Origin: Eledone cirrhosa | Lineage: Eukaryota | Length of the DNA stretch: 64,000 nt | Assembly (NCBI GenBank): GCA_964016885.1 | Contig: OZ024754.1 | Coordinates: 11,036,001-11,100,000 of the forward strand | Reading direction: 5' to 3' | Part shown: piece after piece, positions 58,385-64,000 of the stretch | Numbering within the stretch: the stretch's first letter is position 1 | Layout: each line of letters opens with the position of its first letter | The notes under the pieces: model-generated | Databases searched by the model: none | What the model was told of the DNA's origin: nothing | The model's input: the letters and a program-made list of their open reading frames with translations, nothing else | Position numbers and translations under genes: made by a program

Positions 58385-59843
58385 ACCTAGTCTACGGACC
58401 TACGTCGGACAGACTGGCCGTCACCTGGCGGACAGGTTTACTGAACACCTCCGAGATATTCGTCTCGGTGGTAGTTCCCCCATCGCCCGCCACTTTGGTG
58501 CCCCTGGACATTCCGCACACCACCTCACAGTCTGTGGCCTACTCCAATGCCACGGAACACCCGCCACTCTCCTCAGGGTCGAACAACGAACCATCTTCAC
58601 CCTACAGACCCACACTCCCCCCGGCCTGAACTCCCCACCCTTATTCCTTTAGCCTTCGACCGCCCCCCTCCCCCCACACATATCCCCCACTAACACCACT
58701 AACACACCCCTCCTTTTCACCTCCCACCCCACAACTAACAATACTAACACCTCCACCCCACACCCGACCACCCTTCCCCAACTAACATACTAACATCCCT
58801 CCCTTCTTCTTCTCCCCCCTCCTCCTTATCACACGCACACACCCACCGGTACATATATACACGCGCTCACACTAAACACACCCCCTACTACCACCACTAA
58901 CCCTCACCCCCAAACATCCACCCCACCACCTCGCAACTAACATCACTAACACCCCCCTACCCCAAGCACACCCACTTACACCACCCACTCTACACGCAAC
59001 TAACATCACTAACACCCCCAACCCTACGCACACGAACACACACACCCTCTTACACGACCCACTCTACACACCCTACCACCACTGACCCACACTCACACCC
59101 GCATTCAACCCTTTCTCCACCTCCAGTATACTAACACCCACTAACACCCCCTTCACCACACACACACCAGTACACTACCTCCTCCATCGGCCCCCACACC
59201 CTTCTCTCCCCGCTCCACCCACACGCTTTCTCACACACACACACACATCCCATTAACACCTCTACTAATACATACACACTCCCTCCTCACTCCAACTTTC
59301 ACACCTACCCATCCTCTCCCCTGTCCACCGCACCTCCGCACACACTGACACACCGACATTCTTCACTTACCATTCTACCCTACTGCTGATATGCCCTTAT
59401 CTCTGACCACCTCCTCGCACACACAGACACACAACCCTCCTCCTGCCTTGACCCTCTGACCACTTCCTGTTGCGCGCGCACCCCACATCTCCCCTCTTCC
59501 GACCAATCTCTTCACGGATTACACATATGTGAACATCGATCCCTAGAATCCACCACATCCCAAGGATATTACTCAGCATTCCACCACATCGTCTACGGAA
59601 CTACCTTAAGGACTCACCCACTGACATACACCCAAAAAAGTGTTTTTCCCCACACGCCACCTACATGCACAACACGCATAAATACCACACACACACGTGC
59701 GTACCACCACATATTTACACATTCAGCCTCCGGAATCCTCTCCTCCACCCCTCTATCCACACACGCACACACACTCCGACCTGCACCCCACCCCACACAC
59801 ACCTCTTCCTGAACATGCAACCCCGTTCTTCCCCCAACTCTTA

Positions 59844-59892
<49 letters not shown>

Positions 59893-60268
59893 ACACCTAC
59901 ACACACACCACCTTCAGCCCTCCCCGCTCGGACACCTCGCCTCCCTCTCCCCATTCCACCCGCCACCACCCCTACACGCCCCACACCCTTCCACCACCTG
60001 TTTTACTTCCTGTGTATTTTTATTTTTATTTTTATCATGCTTTTATATTTAATTTCATTTGTACCGTTTCCTCTCACCCCCTTTTTTCTATATGTCTCTC
60101 CACCACTCCCCTACAGACCCTTGGAACTCTCTTCCCACACACTTTTCACCTGAAGAAGGGCTTATGCCCGAAACGTCGTTCCTCACCACCACCCCACTCT
60201 CAAGAGCGTGAAACTAATAAACCTTTGTTCGTACTGCCTCTCTGTTATGTTCCCGTTCAATATTTTAC
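58385..60268 (+). mobile_element. Penelope-like element 3' end: GIY-YIG fragment, long C/A-rich 3' region, hammerhead, poly(A) signal
   Basis: TYVGQTGRHLADRFTEH...PIARHF...EQRTIFTLQT..P.GLN (stop at 58652); hammerhead at 60150, AATAAA at about 60216, ends at (TA)n. Confidence 0.8.
60144..60213 (+). ncRNA. Minimal hammerhead ribozyme in a Penelope-like 3' end
   Basis: CTGAAGA-A GGGC TTAT GCCC-GAAAC GTC; core at 60150-60177. Confidence 0.72.
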
Positions 60269-60289
60269 TATATATATATATGTAATCAA

Positions 60290-60916
60290 CCCCCGTGTAA
60301 TGAGTGTGGCGGGGGGGGGGGGGGGGGGGGGGGGGGACATGCCACCCCTTGTCCCCCACCACCACCCCGTGTAATGAGTGGGGGGGGGGGGCATGCCACC
60401 CCCTTGTCCCCCACCACCACCACCACCACCCCGTGTAATGAGTGTGTGTGTGTGGGGGGGGGGGGGGCATGCCACCCCCCTTGTCCCCCACCACCACCAC
60501 CACCACCCCGTGTAATGAGTGTGTGTGTGTGGGGAGGGGGGGACATGCCACCCCCTTGTCCCCCACCACCACCACCACCACCCCGTGTAATGAGTGTGTG
60601 TGGGGGGGGGGACATGCCACCCCCTTGTCCCCCACCACCACCACCCCGTGTAATGAGTGTGTGTGTGGGGGGGGGGCATGCCACCCCCCTTGTCCCCCAC
60701 CACCACCACCACCACCCCGTGTAATGAGTGTGTGTGTGGGGAGGGGGGGACATGCCACCCCCTTGTCCCCCACCACCACCACCACCACCCCGTGTAATGA
60801 GTGTGTGTGTGGGGGGGGGACATGCCACCCCCTTGTCCCCCACCACCACCACCACCACCCCGTGTAATGAGTGTGTGTGGGGGGGGGGGGGGGGGGACAT
60901 GCCACCCCCTTGTCCC
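60290..60916. repeat. ~60-bp G/C-run minisatellite, about 10-11 units
   Basis: CCCCGTGTAATGAG(TG)n(G)nACATGCCACCCCCTTGTCCCC(CAC)n. Confidence 0.9.
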
Positions 60917-63164
60917 CTCACTACTGGATCTACTTTTAGTACAAGGCCAGCAATTACCCAGTAATCAACCCTGGAAGGATGAAAGGTAAAGTTGACCAGG
61001 GCGATGATGATGATGATGATAATGGGGGGGGGGGGGGTATTTCATGTGCTATCAATAGCCAACATCTTATTACAATTCTCGCTGCTGCTGCTGCTGCTGT
61101 TGCTGCTGATAGTGATGCTGCTGGTGATGATGGTGGTGATGCTGCTGGTGATGATGGTGGTGATGCTGATAGTGATGCTGCTGGTGATGATGGTGGTGAT
61201 GCTGATAGTGATGCTGCTGGTGATGATGGTGGTGATGCTGCTGATGCTTGAAGGTGATGCTGCTGCTGTTGTTGTTGCTGATGCTGATGATGATGCTGAT
61301 GCTGATGATTCTACTGCTACTGGTGCTGCTACTGCTATTGTCAATATTCTCCACATCATCGTCTGCTTGTTGCTACTACAATTCTGATGTAATATCACCG
61401 CCATTCTTACATAATCAACAAATACGTATTCCTGTTTTGTTTATTGTGTAATACTTGACATATATTAAAACTGTACATGCCGTTCATGTCACGGCCTAGA
61501 AAACAGACAGCTAAATTCTTATGTCTAGTCAACTCTTCACCGTCAGGTGATTATGATTCATTATACGTCCACGTGGCAGAACCACGTGGCTCTGCCACGT
61601 CAACTTCATTTGATCCGGGGAAGAAAATGAATTCAAGAAAAGATTTTTAAGTATTTCAAATATACCACATCCGTTTACCGAACGTCCGCAGGGTATTGCA
61701 TTTCATTCTTAATAAAGGTGTTTGTTATTTTTTTCTCGACTATATATCGACATAATGTAAGGCGCATGGTAATCGTGAGGTTGTGAGTTCGATTCGCGGA
61801 CCGGGTAATACTTTGTGTTCTTCAACAAGACATTTTATTTCACGTTAGTCTAGTTTACTCAGCAGCTATCAAACCTTTGATAGAATTTATTGATTGAATA
61901 AGAAACAGTGTGAGTTTGTAAATGTATGCAAGGAGAGAGTGGGGTAAAGTTGGCTAAAGATGTGAGTCAAGAATTAGAGAAAAAGAGATAAACAGATTGG
62001 CAATAACAACGTTTCGATAAACCAAATTCCAAGTGCTTACCAAAGTATCCGAACACGGAAGAGTCGAACTCCCCTGGTTCTATCATACATACCTGTTTAT
62101 TTTAAAAACGTTTATATTAATCTAAAAACGTTCTTCTATCATAATTTCACGTAAGAACCTTTGTTATGTTATATTCCAACTTAATAATGAGAAAATTAGT
62201 TATTTTACTAAACCCTTCAAGTTTTTTAATATTTTCAAAATTATTTGAAAACCAGAGGCAGTGTCTTTCATTAGAAATGTGGTAACGAAATAGTTAAGTA
62301 ATGTGGTAATGAATGGATTAACTTACTGGATCAGTTCAAATCCTATTATAAGTATAGCTTAGAGTAGCGTTCCATTCTTTAATTTCTTATTGTTGATTAA
62401 TCTACTTCAAACAATTGTCTCTATTTTCACACTCCCACGTGTCTTTTACGAGATTAATGAACAGCGGTCGATTGTGAGTAATCGATAGATCATCGGCTAA
62501 ACATGATTATTGAGGGAGCCTTTACATCACTTCTCAGATTCTCTCAAAACATAATATGGAAGGAACACAAACCTCTCCGAGAGAGATATAAAGGTCTGCT
62601 ACATAGAACTGATGTTGTACGTAGACGGAGGGTTTCCTGACTATTGTCATCGGGCCTCAAATGAAGCTGTGTCCTTTTTAGAGCTTTAGAAACCTGTACC
62701 CAGGGCCTTCGAGATGATAAATTTTGCAAGGTGGTACAAGACCCCTTTGATACCTAGCTACTGCCATGAGCGACAGACCTACGTGGAGATCTATCGTTGA
62801 GTCTGGATATGAGAGCTTGCTGCGAACCCTTCGAGTTGAGACAGGTACAGGCAGCCAGTACTTTGTTCAGGAGCCCAAGAACTAAGAAAGCTACACAGCA
62901 ACCATGCAATATCCATTTTGAGAAAACTCTTAGCCTGCAACGGGCACCAAAGGGGTCTTGTACCGCCTTGAAAAGTTTCTCTTGAAGGCCTTGGGTAAAG
63001 GTTTCCAAAGTTCTAAAGAGGACGAATGCTAGTGTTCATATTCAGTACCTAGCTACTGCCATGAGTGACAGGCCTACGTGGAGATCTATCGTTGAGTCTG
63101 TTTCGGTCAAGGCCGCCGAATGATGAAATTCACTTACAATCATGCTTTAAACATTGCAGCACAG

Positions 63165-63780
63165 TTACGTCCCTTTACGGACTGAGTTCAAATCCCGCCG
63201 AGGTTAACTTTGCCTTTCATCCTTTCATACGGGGTCGATAAAATAAAGTACCAGTAATGCACTGGAATAATTGCTGGCCTTGTGCCAAAAGTAGAAACAA
63301 TTATTTCTCATGCAATAATGAAAGGGAAATGGTAAATGCAAGATTGTAAGTGAATTTCATCATTCAGCAGCCACGACCGAAACAGGCGGTGGATTGGCAG
63401 TATCGGTAGAAGGTCGGATGCCATGATTTGTAGCATAGAGTTACGCCTCTTTACTGTCTGAGTTCAAAATCCCCCCGGAAGTTAACTTTGACTTTCGTCC
63501 TTATGAGGTCGATAAAATAAAGTACCAGTAATACACTGGGATAATTGCTGGTCTTGTGCTAAAAGTAGAAATAATTATTACAATAGTGGGCGGTGGGTTG
63601 CCAGTATCGGTAGAGGGTCGGACGCCATGCGTTGTAACATAGAGTTACGCCCCTTTGCGGTCTGAGTTCAAATCCCGTCGAGGTTAACTTTGCTTTTTAT
63701 CCTTATGAGGTCGATAAAATAAAGTACCAGTAATACACTGGGATAATTGCTGGCCTTGTGCCAAAAGTAGAAACAATTAT
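63165..63780 (+). mobile_element. Three SINE family 1 copies
   Basis: Partial copy at 63165-63300; full copies at about 63385-63580 and 63590-63780. Confidence 0.8.
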
Positions 63781-64000
63781 TTCTCATGCATCAATATATA
63801 TATATATAAAAGAAAGAAATACAGTCGTTGCTATAGATGACAGTAAGGACGTGACAGCTAAACATCCATGGAGATTGTTGAACATCAATGTAGCTCTACA
63901 GTCGAGACAAAGAAAAAAGCGGTTGTGATTGGTTATGCCCGGAATATATATATATACATACATACTTTGTCCAAATGAGTTTGTTTCCTGACGAGTTCGA

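Overview
This is AT-rich animal (not prokaryotic) genomic DNA, most likely a coleoid cephalopod (octopus-type tRNA-derived SINEs, very long TA/CA/GA/CAT microsatellites); the taxon is inferred, not proven. Almost all ORFs in the supplied track are translations of simple repeats. The only convincing host gene is a 3-exon, 153-aa Fos/ATF3-family bZIP transcription factor, present as two near-identical, divergently oriented copies (minus 20010-27494; plus 49527-51398). The copies share exons, intron 2 and 3' UTR but differ in intron 1 and promoter. The rest is transposon debris: an R4/Dong-like RT+RLE retrotransposon in a (TACA)n tract, Penelope-like (GIY-YIG) fragments, RTE/CRE/Tx1-like LINE fragments, SINEs (including a 6x199-bp tandem array), MITE/Helitron-like pieces and minisatellites. 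The most striking non-obvious feature is at least 11 type-I hammerhead ribozyme motifs of several families, read by eye. Most sit in short cassettes next to (TA)n tracts, some within long fold-back hairpins.
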